The position numbers were made by a program, and so were the translations under genes. Below the pieces are notes generated by a model. It saw only the letters and a list, made by a program, of their open reading frames with translations. It was not told the DNA's origin and did not search any database. From contig MU053758.1 of NCBI GenBank assembly GCA_013239625.1, positions 1,178,001 through 1,242,000 on the forward strand: 64,000 nt of DNA, given 5' to 3'. The DNA is from Lama guanicoe (lineage: Eukaryota). Shown piece by piece: positions 12,401 to 24,512 of the stretch. Position 1 is the stretch's first letter. Each line of letters starts with the position of its first letter.

Positions 12401-15400
12401 TCAACCGGGTAAGAAGAATTCAAACTGCCCACAGAGGAACAAAGGGGATGCTGCTTTTTCTGCCTCTGCTTTTCTCTATGGCTGCTGTCCAGCCAGCCTT
12501 CTCCTCCAGCTCCCACTCAGTGCCCTTGCTCCTTTTGTCCCAAACCTCCAACTCATTGTTCCCAGCAGGCTGACAGGGAAGAGCACCTCCCTCTCCCTAG
12601 CTCTCTCCCCACCTCTTCGTGTCCCAGATGTCTTGCTGGGTCCTTCCGCCTCCATCACACAACTGGGGCGGAGGAGCCATAGGACAGCTGGTGGGGAAGC
12701 TGGGCTCACTTTCTTCATGCATCTTTGGGTGTCAAGCCTTCTGTTGTGTCTTCCCTCCTGATCCAGGCTTCTGCCTTCACTGCTACCCTCCCCAGCTGAG
12801 GAGCTTCTGGAAGCTCTGAGTCCAGGGAAGCATTTTTCCAATTTACTCAACTGTGGCTTGTCCACTTCCCTTCTCAAAGAAAGATGCTGGGCTGAGGACT
12901 GTATGGCATGAAAAGGACATGCTTCCTGTCCTCTAGGAGCCTGCTGACCAGTAGGGAGTTGCATAAGAGGACAACTCCATGGCAACAGAGCAGGCGGCAA
13001 TCAATGCTAGGGACATTCAAAGGAGCAAGCCAGTGCCACGCTGATAAAAAAAAAAATAACTTCATAGAGAAAACAGCCTTTGAGCCTGGAGCTTGGAGAA
13101 TAATTAGCTTTCTTGAAGGCAGAGATGGGGTGACAGGATGGAAATAGTTGGAGCGGAAGTAGGAAGTCTAGACATCTTCAGTGAACATTAAGTCCAGTGG
13201 GCTGGGCTGGAAGGTTTGTACAAGGACCAATGGAAGTGAAGGCTGTGAAGATGATGGAGGCCAAGTAGGAAGGTCTTAAATGTCACAGTTAGCACAGGGG
13301 AGCCCCTGGGTGTATTTGAGATGAAGAATGCCAGGATGGAATGGCTTTTTCGGATTATTAATCTGTTATTGATCTGCAAAACAGCTTAGGTGGGTGGGCC
13401 CAGAAGTGGCAGAAAACTCATAGGAGACTTACAAAATAGTCCAGATGAGAAGTAATTCCCATCACCAAGTTAGCACTTCTCTAGAACTTTCACAGATGAA
13501 TGCCCATTTCCAACTCATTCATTCATTCATTCAACAAATATTTAAGCAGCACTTACTAAATACTAGAAACCATTTCAGGCTATTTCTCCATTCCTTTCTT
13601 CACTCTCTCTCTCTTTCTCTCACTCCCTCTCATTTTTGGATTTGAAAACAAAGGTAAACTCTCACCCACACACATCTGGGGACCTCAGCCCAGCATCCTC
13701 CTCCTCCCACACACGAGGTAATCTAGTAGCTCCTGCCTTTGGAGCAGGTATATGGGGAAAAATTAGAGACTGGCAGGGCACACAGTAAAAGATTTGGGGG
13801 ATGGTAGGAGATAGGAAAATCTAAGGGCAGGAGGGTCAGCAGCTTGTGCAGCAGAAAGCTCTTGATGGGGGAGCAAAGCTGACAGCTAAGTGTAGGGGAG
13901 ACCCAGGATCTCTGGGGGAGGGAGGCTGGGGAGGGAGGGAGGAAAGAGGTGGAAAGAAAAGTGGGAGACAGGCCTCTGGGTGAGGATGGGGGCCAGGAGG
14001 GAGGGAAGGACAAATTAGAGAGCTGGGGAAGGAAGTAGAGTCTTAGCAGCTAGAGGTGGGTGAGGGAGGAGGTGGGGACTGGGAGGCGAGGGCAGAGGAA
14101 ATGGGCCCAGGCACTGGAGACAAAAGTCTGGGAGTCTGAGCCTCTGAGGAGCCACCTGGAAGGTGCAGGCTGCGGCAACATCAAACTTGGGATCCGAGGG
14201 TTGGCTCTGTGAGAGAGCTGGAACAGGCTGGATCTTCCAATTCATCCGACACCCCCCTTTTCTTCCGAATGCCAGAGCCTGGGCTCCAGAGTCCCACCCC
14301 CCCACATGTAGGTTGAGGCCCCATTATGCCCACCCCCAGCTTTCCTACCTCGTCATTGGTGGTGGGAAAGCACGCTGTTCCGAGGTAGGAATAGAAGAGG
14401 AAAGGGGGTCTCTGCCAGATAGGGTCCAGGTGAACCAGAGTCCCAGTAAAACCTTTTCCCGCAAATGAGTCAGGGTCTCCATATACCCTTTACTCATCAG
14501 AGAGCTGGGGAGGGGTGCAGGCCAGCAGGTCCAGGCCAAGGGCTTCATCTTTTTCCTCCCCCTAAATCCCCCCACCCCAAGATTCTCCCATTTTGGACTG
14601 GACCTGCTACCTAAGCATATGGAACCGATTGAAAGAATTTGTATGCTCACCTTATAATTTATGCAAATCAACTCTGTAATTAACTATAATTTGGAGGCAT
14701 CCTTTGGTATTTGAGACATTTATCCATGAGGAAATGCCCTAGTGATAATGCTCCCGTATTAACATTATTTACTCCACCTGTGTGGTCTCCTGGGCTTGTT
14801 TCCCCCCACCATTCTGATTTTCTGGGCTGGAAGGTGGGGAGGGACTGGGAAGCCCCTCCCTGGAGCCTGCCTCAGTCCTGACGCCTGGGCTCCCCCAGGG
14901 AGCTGTGCCTGAGCCCTGTCCTCTTAATTTCGCCTGGGATTAAAGGGAAGGGTGCAGTTCTGCCTCCTAAGCCCCCTGTTTCTCTACTCTCTCCTGCCTG
15001 ATGGGTGGCTTTCTGCTGAGGTTTTTTCCACTCTCTTAAGGGCCTCAACGTTCTCATCTCTGAAATGGGTAGAGGAAGGACCTGTTGGGGCTTTTACAGG
15101 ATAATTACTGAAAAGCTAATAAAGGGACTGGGAATCCCCAGTCTAGAGATTTCTGGGGGGTGTAGGGTGAGGAGCCAGACAAGAGTTCAGGGTATAGACT
15201 CCCTGACTCACCCTGTGGGAGACTTGGTGGGGGAGGCGGCATGTAGGCCCTGGGCTACTGGGTTCTGTGTGTGTGGAGGGGGACACACAGCAGTTCCTGT
15301 TCCCAATACCAAGGGCATTGGGCTGTGGCTGAGAATGGGATGCAATCACATGAGGTCTCCAAGCCACTCTCCCATGTGGGTCAGAATGCCTCACTTCAGA

Positions 15401-15659
15401 GAGATCTGGGAAATGGGTCTTACTCTGTTTCATCTCCTTTCTCCTTCCTGGTCTTCTGTCCCTCTCTGCTCCAGGACATGCTCCTGTTAGCCAACACACC
15501 TAAACTCACAAACACCCTAAAATTAAGTTCATGTAAATAGTTGGGGGCCGTGGGGACCCAACTAAATTCACCTCCAGGCCCTTTCTCCCTTTCCAGGACA
15601 TGTTCCCAGCCTCTTCACTCTGCTGGTATTATTTGTTTCTTGAGTGGGGCGTAACTAGA

Positions 15660-15760
15660 TTTCTTCATTGATTTCGGCTTGGAGGAGGTACCGGGGATTG
15701 AACGCTGGGCCTCTGGGGTATTGAGCTAGCACTCTACCTATTGAGCTACTCCTTTCCCCT
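15660..15760 (-). mobile_element. Diverged tRNA-derived SINE
   Basis: GGGGATTGAACGCTGGGCCT...GCACTCTACCTATTGAGCTA, i.e. reverse B and A boxes of the same type as the 10.8 kb copy. Confidence 0.7.
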
Positions 15761-16080
15761 TCACTCTCCTGAAGTTCTGGGATTCCTGAACTGTCTATAA
15801 AAGTTCTTGGCTGGGCTCTGCCTCTGGTCCTAGGTGACCTCTTGTCCATCCAAGCTGCCTCACTCTGTCCTAAGTCAGGGAGAGGATCTTCCTTGATCCC
15901 AGATCCAAAAGGTGGATTATACTGGATCCACCTGGTGGTTCCGCGTTGGGAAGTAACTGAAAAAGGGACAAAGAAAAGGGAGGAGGAACGAGGCTCCAGT
16001 AGAGGCAGGAGAGACTAGCAGCTGCCAGAGTAACCAGCAGCACTGCTGGGGAGCTCTGCAGGGAGGGACCACGTGAAGGG

Positions 16081-16104
16081 GTGTGTGTGTGTGTGTGTGT
16101 GTGT
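16081..16104. repeat. (GT)12 microsatellite
   Basis: Perfect dinucleotide run about 390 nt upstream of the SP6 TATA box. Confidence 0.95.
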
Positions 16105-16492
16105 GGTCTTAAAAGTGGTATCTCCTTCTTTCCCACCAAGTCCATGGAGAGGGGTAGAATTTGGAGAGTTCCAGCCATCCCAGCTCTCTTCCCTGGTGAT
16201 ATTCTCATTTCTTCCATCCTGCAAGAACTACTTTGTCCCTCTTCCTCTGCCTGTCCAACCTCTGGGGAGGGAAGGATGTCCTGTTTACCGCATCCTCAGC
16301 TGCCTCTTCCAGCTGAAATCCTCCTTTCCTGGCAGACCTCAGAGACTCAGATCTCACCCCTACCACTCCCCCAAGAGAGCCGGGGGCCACTGTTTCCTGG
16401 ATTATCCTAAAAGCTTCCGAGGCCGTGAGGACTTGGCAGCATCCCTGCCCGAGTCTCTCACCTCCCCCTCTGGCTCTGACTGTTGCCTCCTT

Positions 16493-16564
16493 TATAAAGC
16501 CTGGCTCTTCCATCACCCCTACTTGCCCCTCACTGCCGCTGCCAGCTCTGGGCTCCATGGACTG
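16493..16564 (+). promoter_or_regulatory. SP6: Distal TATA promoter and short first exon of SP6 (candidate exon 1a)
   Basis: TATAAA at 16493-16498, then about 40 nt of exon ending in a strong donor CTG|gtaaga at 16564/16565. The transcription start is inferred. Confidence 0.65.
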
Positions 16565-17779
16565 GTAAGAGGGGCTGTTCCCTGTCCAGTTCAGGGGACA
16601 AGGTGATCAGGTCTCCACTCTAAATTGGGGGACATTGAGAAGGGGTTGGAAGTCTTGATTCTCTCTGACTTGGGGAGGGGAATATAGGAGGGAGGTCTTG
16701 AAGGAGTCTGCATGGAGAACAAAAGAGAATTCCTTGGAGCTGTTTGAACTGGGGCTGAGATCTGAGAGGGAAGTGGAGTGGGGATTCACCAGTTAATAGA
16801 TAACTGGGGACTTCATTCTGTTCTGAAAAAAGATGGGCTAATATAACAGACATACAGGGCACACACTCACTACATGGAAGTTTACACATGATGGAACACC
16901 TGCAGAAGTTGTAAGGGAGAAACCACTGAATGTCTTGTGGGGAACACCCTTTATGATGGGGAAGAGAGGACAGATACCTCACATTCAAGCCCCAAAGGTA
17001 CACACAGGCATGATGCACATGCACACATTTGTAGATACACACACACAGACACACACACCAACATAAAAATGTGCTATCCTCAGCTGGGCTCATCTTTCAG
17101 ACTGCAAGTGGATGTGGATTCTCAGGACATTTGTGTTTATAATAGAATTAGTGCCCCAAGTAGTGCTTGGCTCTGGTTAGACTCTCAGTTAGTGACTGTT
17201 CAGTGAATAAAGGATAAATGAAAGAAAACCATTTGGCTCAAGCTCTGGACCCTCTCCAGTCTCCCAGGAGCCTGGGGGAGAGTGGAGGAGAGGAGGGGAC
17301 ATGAGGAATGCATTGGTTTCTGTGATCACCAACTTGCAGTTGGCTGAGCGCAACCTGGAGGTAGAGTTGGGGGTAGAGAAGTGTGAGCAATGAGGAAGCC
17401 AGAACTCAGGAGACTGGGCTTCTGGTCCCTGCTCTGCTTCTAACTCGTGATGTGACTGAGCTACTCGCCTCCCTGTTCTGGGGTTAACTTCCCTACTAGC
17501 AAAACAAGGGCTTGCACTAGACAGTATTTATGGGCATACTAGCTTTGCTATATTCATAGTGCCATCTCCACGGAGGGACAGTTGAGGTTTGAAAGGGACC
17601 ACAGCAATCCAATCCAAGATGGGACTAATTTGTCCTATTACACTCAGGATCATGATGGCTTTGATCTGGGGGAAAGTTTAAGAATATCCTCCTCTCATCC
17701 TCTCCTCCTTCAGGATCTGGGGAGCCAGACCACCAGGGCTATCACTGCTGCCATAGCGAGGCTGGATGGAACAGCAGGC

Positions 17780-17990
17780 AGGACATGTGCTTTGGACTCA
17801 GTTTCCTTCTCTGTCTCTTAATAGTTCTGCAGTCTTGGGCAGGTCATTTAACTTCTTTCATCCCTGGCTTCCTCATCTGTACAATGGTGGTGATGGGCAG
17901 ATAATAATAACTACATGGCTGTACGCTCCTGAGAGTTAGAGATATCTGTGTAAAGCACCTGGAACATAGTATGCGTCCAATAAATAAGTC
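17780..17990 (+). mobile_element. MIR SINE
   Basis: CTTGGGCAGGTCATTTAAC...CTTCCTCATCTGTACAATGG...GTAAAGCACCTGGAACATAGT. Confidence 0.65.
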
Positions 17991-20499
17991 CTGTTTATGA
18001 TGGAGATGAACAGTTCTGCTCCAGGTACACAGTGTTGACTATAAATGAGGCACAAGAAGGAGACGGGTGGCAAAATGGGAGATGGACACTTGTAGCAAAA
18101 TCTGTCTGTTGAGGGGAATGAGGGAAAGGAAATGACCCAAGTCCTGGGCAGATCTCAGTGGGCTGCGTGGTTCAACTTTGAGGTGAGATAAGAACATGGC
18201 AGTGGGCAGTGGTGATCTTGGCAGTTATGTCAGCATAAGACCATGGGCACCATTCAGTAAGGAAATATCCAGTAAGTGGGAAATTGAAAGAGCTGGAGTC
18301 AAAGGAACAAAAAAAAAGAGGGGGATCTGGAAGAAAGAAAGTGCCCTGAATCAGCAAACCTAGGCAGGGCAGAAAATCAGAACTGCTGAATTTTCTGAGA
18401 CACTGCATTACTGCTGAATTTCATGCTGGTGAGTCCCAGGCAGATGGAGGGTCTCTGCTTCTGGGAAACCCAGGTGGCTGTGCGTTAGGACGAGGTGGGG
18501 TTAAAGGGGGCCTGGGATGAAAGTAGGGTGGGATGTCTACTGTTCAGGGGCTGGATCCCTTTCCCTGTTGCTTTCCAGGGAAAGATGGAAGGAGCTAGGA
18601 AGACAAGACAATCGGGTGCCTATAAATAAATGGAAGGGGGGAATTCCGTTTCCCACCCAGAGTCAGATCCCTGTGCAGGTGTTAGCACCTTAAGAGCAGC
18701 CACTTCGGAAACAGCCAGAGGCCAGCAGGCTGCAGGGAGGAGGAGGCAGAGAATGCCTAGGGGTCAAATCAGACTTAACCCAGGAATCCAAGTTGCAGGT
18801 TCTGTGATAACCGTGAGCCTCTAACTCTGTCCTGGAGGTCGCTGTGAACTGAGGTGCAAACCCAGCTAAGTCAAGATTTGTAGGCTGAGTGCATGGTGAT
18901 AAAACCATGTGGAAGAGAGGATTGTCAGTTTAGCCATGGCCACAAAAACCCAGAACCGTTCCTAAGAATCTACATCTCAGGGGCCCAAGAGCTGGAAAGG
19001 AAATCCGCCTGATCAGAAAGTACGATCTCTGACATCTGGGAGGAGACTCGCGGCTTCCTAAGTGCCCGCCCTTTACCCCGCAGGGCGGCTGCTCTAACCG
19101 TATTTCACCCAGGAGGAAACTGAGGCTCACAGCAACCTGACCTGCCAGATGAGCTTAGCAAGGCAGGGCTGGAGCTAGAATTTAGGTCTGTCAACTTCTA
19201 GTCCAAAGATCTTTGTGAATATACCTTATTCCAACAAACATTTTCTGGGAACCAACTTATTTAATAATTGTAACACTACCAACTATAACTTTGATTTGCT
19301 ATGAGCTTACCAGGGGCCCCACTGAGCTAGAGGTTTTAAAAACATCAATTCCTTTAAGCCCCAGGAAACCCTCCCGATTTGTATCCAGGTTGCCCATACG
19401 AGGAAACTGAGTCTTACAAAAGAGGGATTTGCACAGATAACTCACACACTGTTTCTGGATATGAGAATGTGTATGTTTAGGGGCAAAATGATCGATTTTC
19501 AACTGGCTTGTGGACTTAATTTAGCAGCACTTCGAATTCGGGAGAGGTAAACCAAGGGTGGTGGAATAGCGGCTGTACAGCCCAAATTGAATCAGCCTAA
19601 ATTCCGCTCTGGTTGTACGAAATACAGCTGTAAAGACAAAAACGAAATATAAAAAGCAGACGGCAGAGCGCATAGGGAAAGTCAACAGGCGCAACGAAAA
19701 AAATTAGGAAGTTGATCAGAATTCCCCACTCAAGAAAAGGGTCACGTCTAGAGGTCAAAGCGGAGGGTACACGAGGCACCCAACAGGGAAAGGAGCTTCG
19801 TATCCGGGACCACAGGCCAGCCCGGCGGGGAGGAGAAGAGACCCGCGCTGGGTATCTCAGCCAACTCGGATCTTGAGAAATGTTTTTAGGTGGGCGCCGC
19901 GAAAGCCCTGAAATTCTGCAGAGGGTTGCACTGTGCGTGTGCATTTATTTTTCTCAAAGGAATCCAAGACCCTTCCCCAAATTTATTAACCTTGGGTTTA
20001 CTCATTCAGGTGAGAATCAGGAGGGACTGGTGGCAATGGGTCCCTCAAATCTTTGCAGAAGTGACCTTTCCCACTGCTATCCGGGCACCTGCCCTAACTT
20101 TCAGGGTCGGGTGCGCCGGGGAGCTGGCTGAGCACCACTGGGTCCCAGAGGGCGCAGGCATTTTTGAGAGGCGGACCTGGGAGGCGCCGGGGTTGCTCCG
20201 CAAGGGTAGATGGAGAATGAGAACTAAGGGGGCAGGCAGAGATGGGCCAGTGGAGTGGGGAGAAGGGAGAAGGTTACCCCCCCCAAAAAAAAGATGAGTG
20301 GCCGGAAAAGGAGAGCAGGAAGGCAAGAGAGAGCAAAGGACTCGGGAAGCTGGTGGTGGTGGTAAGAAGCGGCGGGGGGAATGGGAGGGGGAGCAGCGTT
20401 CGAGGAACACTTCTGCCCAAGCCTTGGAGTGGACCGGACCCACACTTGGGGCTCAATCCATCTTTTCTCTCAGTTCCGGGGTATTGCTGCCCGTCCAGG

Positions 20500-21500
20500 G
20501 AGGGTGGGTGGAGAGCCTTCGAGGCAAATTGCGCCCTAGGGTGACTCGTTATCACCCCCCAGAACCCGCCCCCTCCTCCACTCCCCCAGGGTCTGAGTCC
20601 AGCGTCCTCGCCAGAGCCAGCCAGCTCGTGGGCAGTTTTCCACCCCAGGGGGGGCCCGCAGGCCCTGGGAAACACTCCGCCCAGGCCCCTCGCCCCGGCA
20701 GTGGAGGGGCCAGGGAGGAGCGAGGGAGGGGGCGGGGTGCGACCTAGTTAGCTATCCCTCCCCACTCCCCGCAGGCCCGGCCCCGCTGGGCCTCCGGTCT
20801 GGCCGAGCCTGCAAGGGTTAAAGGAGGCCGCAGGTGAGGTGGGCGGGGCCGCGAATTCGGGGAAAAAGGAGCCCAGCGCCGAGGATGAAGGCAGAGAGCG
20901 CGGTGAGTCACGGGCGGAGCTGGCCTCGCTCGCTTGCTCACCGGCTCCCGCCCGCCCTCCACTCTCCACCCTCCACCCTCCTGCGGCCTCTCTCCGCCCC
21001 TCCTCCGCCGCCCGCCGCCGGGTCTGGTCGCGGCCCCCGCTGGTCCTCGGCTTCAGCCCCTCACCGCTGGAGAGCCGGCCGCCGCGCGGGGCCCAAGAGT
21101 GTGGGTCGGTAGCGCGCCAGTCCGCGGTGCCCGAAGCCCGAGCGCAGCCTCGAGGTAGGAGCCCGGGTCGTAGTGGCGAGGGGCGCGCGCATCGGCGATC
21201 GGCTCCGAAAGATGCGCCCGGAACGCGCCATGGCCTCCTCTGGCCTTAGGGGAGGTGGTCCTAAAGAATCCGAGGGGCTTAGAGCCCCGGCGGAGTGAAA
21301 AACGGGGCGGATGGGCGAGGTTGGAAACTGGGGAAACTGGAGCGACTGGGACAACTGGAGGACTAGAACCTTGAGGACCGGGAGTACGGAAGTCCTGACC
21401 ACCTGAGCGCTGGTGATAGGAGAGGCAGCCGGCGGAAGGGGGAAGAAAGGTGTCTCTGCTCGCCTTACCGCGTTGGGGAGCGGCAAGTCGGGGTACGCGC
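20500..21500 (+). promoter_or_regulatory. SP6: CpG-island promoter of SP6 with candidate non-coding exon 1b
   Basis: Dense CpG/GC content; GC boxes at 20729-20737 and 20841-20848; AP-1 site TGAGTCA at 20904-20910; donor GAG|gtagga at 21154/21155. Confidence 0.7.
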
Positions 21501-23381
21501 CCGACTGTTTCCCGTCCCAAGATCTCAGTAGCAGGCTAGTGCATCCCAGGACTGGGCCCCCTGGCCCTGTGTCAGGTGAGACCACTCTGGAACCTGGGTC
21601 GTTAGCCTCCCCACCCTCTAACCCCTGGGGCTGTTCCCAGGCGCCGAAATCTAGTAGTGTCCCAGGCCTCACTGCTCCTGCCCAGCCCCTTCTGGGCTGC
21701 CCCGCCTGGGCCTGAGGCTCCATTCCTGCTACTTCACCCTGTTCCTTTCTTGTGGTGAGGAAGCAGGAGCCTGAGTAGGCGCCCCAGTCGCCTTCTCCCT
21801 CTCTCTCCCAGACCACAGGGGCTACCTCTCTGGTCCCAGAAGCAGAACGTGGTAGGGTCATCTGAATCCAGCTTTGGGAAGGAAAAGTCCCTGCCCTAAA
21901 CCACTGTACCACCCCACCCCACCCCCACCATCAGAGAAGGCCCAGGCACCAAGGCAGGGCTCCCGGGGCTTAGGGATAGGCAGTGAGATGAGGGGGAGCT
22001 TCAAGTGACTGATACGTGGTCGAGAAAGGGGTGCATGAAGGGTTGGAGGATGTCTTTAGGTTCCCATTGGTTTAGGGAAAGAGTAACAGACTAGGATTGG
22101 AGAGACCTGGTTCACAGAGGTACATACAGTACACATTTGTTGATAGAATGAATAAATTAATGTACTTTCTTCAAGTGACTTCTTCAAATTCAGCCTGTTT
22201 CCTCTTCTTGTAAAATAAGAGGACACGGCTGCATGTTAGAATCATCTGGGGAGCTCCTAAAAATGATCCATGCTGAGAATGCATGGATCGCTACTATGTG
22301 CTCTCTTTGAGTGGTTCTTCTTAAGTTCTGTGTGATTCTGGCTTTTCCTATTGCCCTCCACTTCCCCCACTCAGTCCCTGCATCCTTTCAGGGGGTGGCA
22401 ATTTTATTTTCCTCAGCTGTTGGTAAGCTCTTCTCCGGCTGACCTCTTTCTCTGGAGGAACAGAGCCCACCTAGCTTCACATCAGCATCTCTAGATTGGA
22501 AGAGGGCAGGGCTAGCAGCCAGGGAGCTGGCTGAGTGTGGGTCAGGATAGGGAAGGGGGCTTAGCTTTCTCTGGTGGAGAGAAGTCCTCTGGAAACTGGC
22601 ACTGCAGCTGCACCCCAGGGAGGTGAAGTTCCCACTAGAGGAAAAGGGGTGGGGGCCAGGCATGGGAGTGGGTTTGCTGGGGCCAAGGCAATCTGGCCAG
22701 GCAGGTCGCCGGGGTGAGGGGGGGGGAGTGGTGTAAAGCAGTGAAATGCTCTTCACTGAACATGTCCCAGGGATGAAAGGAAGGCTCTTTCTCCAAAATC
22801 TCTGAACCTCCTTTGGGCTTCAGGAAGTTGGGTCACTTCAAGCTTCAGATTTCAGAAACAGACAATCTCCCTCTCCCCAGCTGTGTTCTAAGTTAAACTG
22901 GGGAAGCTGAGATGGGTCTAGGAATCCCATTTGGGCTGGCAGTTAGTCTATGGGGTTGGGGGAAATGCCATCACCCCTGTGCCGGCCTGGGCAGCTAGGG
23001 TGGGGATGGTTCTAACACTGTACTGTAGGTGTATCCGATCTACCAGCCTGGGACTAACCCAATACCTAGGATGAGGTGGGTCCTACAGGAGGGATCACCT
23101 AGGGGAAGGTAGACTCCCATTATCCTCTGCATGGTGGGGAGCCTCACACCTTCAACCCTTCCTAGCACTTCCAAATTCTCTTAACTGATCTTTAGTCCCC
23201 ACCTAGAGGTGCCTTCCTCTTTTTACCTGGGGGTGGGAAAGGAGCACTCTGTGGGGAGGGTGACCTGGGCTAAGCCAGAAATTAAGCCAATTACTTTCCA
23301 CACTTCACCTCTTCTTTGCCCCGTTTAGGTCCCACCTGAGGTGTCCTTGACCTTCCCTGTCTCCCACCTCGGATCCCGGCA

Positions 23382-24512
23382 ATGCTAACCGCTGTCTGCG
23401 GCTCTCTGGGCAGCCAGCACACGGAAGCTCCCGCTGCCTCCCCACCGCGCCTCGACCTGCAGCCTCTCCAAACATACCAGGGCCACACGAGCCCGGAGGC
23501 CGGGGACTACCCCTCCCCGCTGCAGCCTGGAGAGCTGCAGAGCCTCCCGCTGGGCCCCGAGGTGGACTTCTCACAGGGCTATGAGCTGCCGGGGGCCTCC
23601 TCTCGGGTAACCTGCGAGGACCTGGAAAACGACAGTCCCTTGGCTCCGGGACCCTTTTCCAAGCTCCTGCAGCCGGACATGTCACACCACTACGAATCTT
23701 GGTTCCGGCCGACACACTCAGGCACCGAGGATGGCTCGTGGTGGGACCTTCATCCGGGTACCAGCTGGATGGACCTCCCCCACACTCAGGGCGCGCTCAC
23801 CTCACCTGGCCACCCCGGGGCGCTTCAAGCTGGCTTGGGGGGCTACGTCGGAGACCACCAGCTTTGTGCCCCGCCGCCCCACCCGCACCCTCACCACCTC
23901 CTCCCAGCCGCCGGAGGGCAGCACCTTCTGGCGCCTCCCGACGGGGCGAAGGCTTTGGAAGCGGCCGCCACGGAATCCCAGGGGCTAGATTCCAGTCTGG
24001 ATGGGGCGGCCCGGCCCAAAGGCTCCCGGAGGTCAGTGCCCCGCAGCTCAGGCCAGACCGTGTGCCGCTGCCCCAATTGCTTGGAGGCGGAGCGACTGGG
24101 GGCTCCGTGCGGGCCAGATGGGGGCAAGAAGAAGCATTTGCACAATTGCCATATCCCGGGCTGCGGGAAAGCCTACGCCAAGACGTCGCACCTGAAGGCT
24201 CACCTGCGCTGGCACAGCGGCGACCGTCCCTTCGTGTGCAACTGGCTCTTCTGCGGCAAGCGCTTCACGCGCTCCGACGAGCTGCAGCGCCACCTCCAGA
24301 CCCACACCGGCACCAAGAAGTTCCCCTGCGCCGTCTGCAGCCGGGTCTTCATGCGCAGCGACCACCTGGCCAAACACATGAAAACCCACGAGGGCGCCAA
24401 AGAGGAGGCTGCCGGGGCAGCGGCGGTGGGCGAGGGCAAGGCCGGCGGAGCGGAGCCCCCCGGGGGCAAAAGCAAGCGCGAGACAGAGAGCAGCGGGGCT
24501 CCCTCCAACTGA
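23382..24512 (+). CDS. SP6: Transcription factor Sp6 (epiprofin/KLF14-like Sp family), single coding exon, 376 aa
   Basis: [13 protein letters not shown]...; buttonhead box CRCPNC followed by three C2H2 fingers ([73 protein letters not shown]). Splice acceptor ccgtttag| at 23328, so the exon starts at 23329. Confidence 0.98.
   Translation: MLTAVCGSLGSQHTEAPAASPPRLDLQPLQTYQGHTSPEAGDYPSPLQPGELQSLPLGPEVDFSQGYELPGASSRVTCEDLENDSPLAPGPFSKLLQPDMSHHYESWFRPTHSGTEDGSWWDLHPGTSWMDLPHTQGALTSPGHPGALQAGLGGYVGDHQLCAPPPHPHPHHLLPAAGGQHLLAPPDGAKALEAAATESQGLDSSLDGAARPKGSRRSVPRSSGQTVCRCPNCLEAERLGAPCGPDGGKKKHLHNCHIPGCGKAYAKTSHLKAHLRWHSGDRPFVCNWLFCGKRFTRSDELQRHLQTHTGTKKFPCAVCSRVFMRSDHLAKHMKTHEGAKEEAAGAAAVGEGKAGGAEPPGGKSKRETESSGAPSN

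Noticed and set aside
1..16400. Many 60-190 aa ORFs upstream of SP6 (similarly in 58900-64000)
   Set aside because: No recognisable domains or consistent exon chains; typical random ORFs in GC-rich mammalian DNA.
21230..21298. ATG GCC TCC TCT (MASS...) resembling the SP7 exon-1 start
   Set aside because: Lies downstream of the likely exon-1 donor, has no good donor after it and stops after 22 codons; probably coincidence.
21061..21912. 283-aa minus-strand ORF
   Set aside because: Lies in a CpG island where stops are rare; non-ATG start and no recognisable domain.
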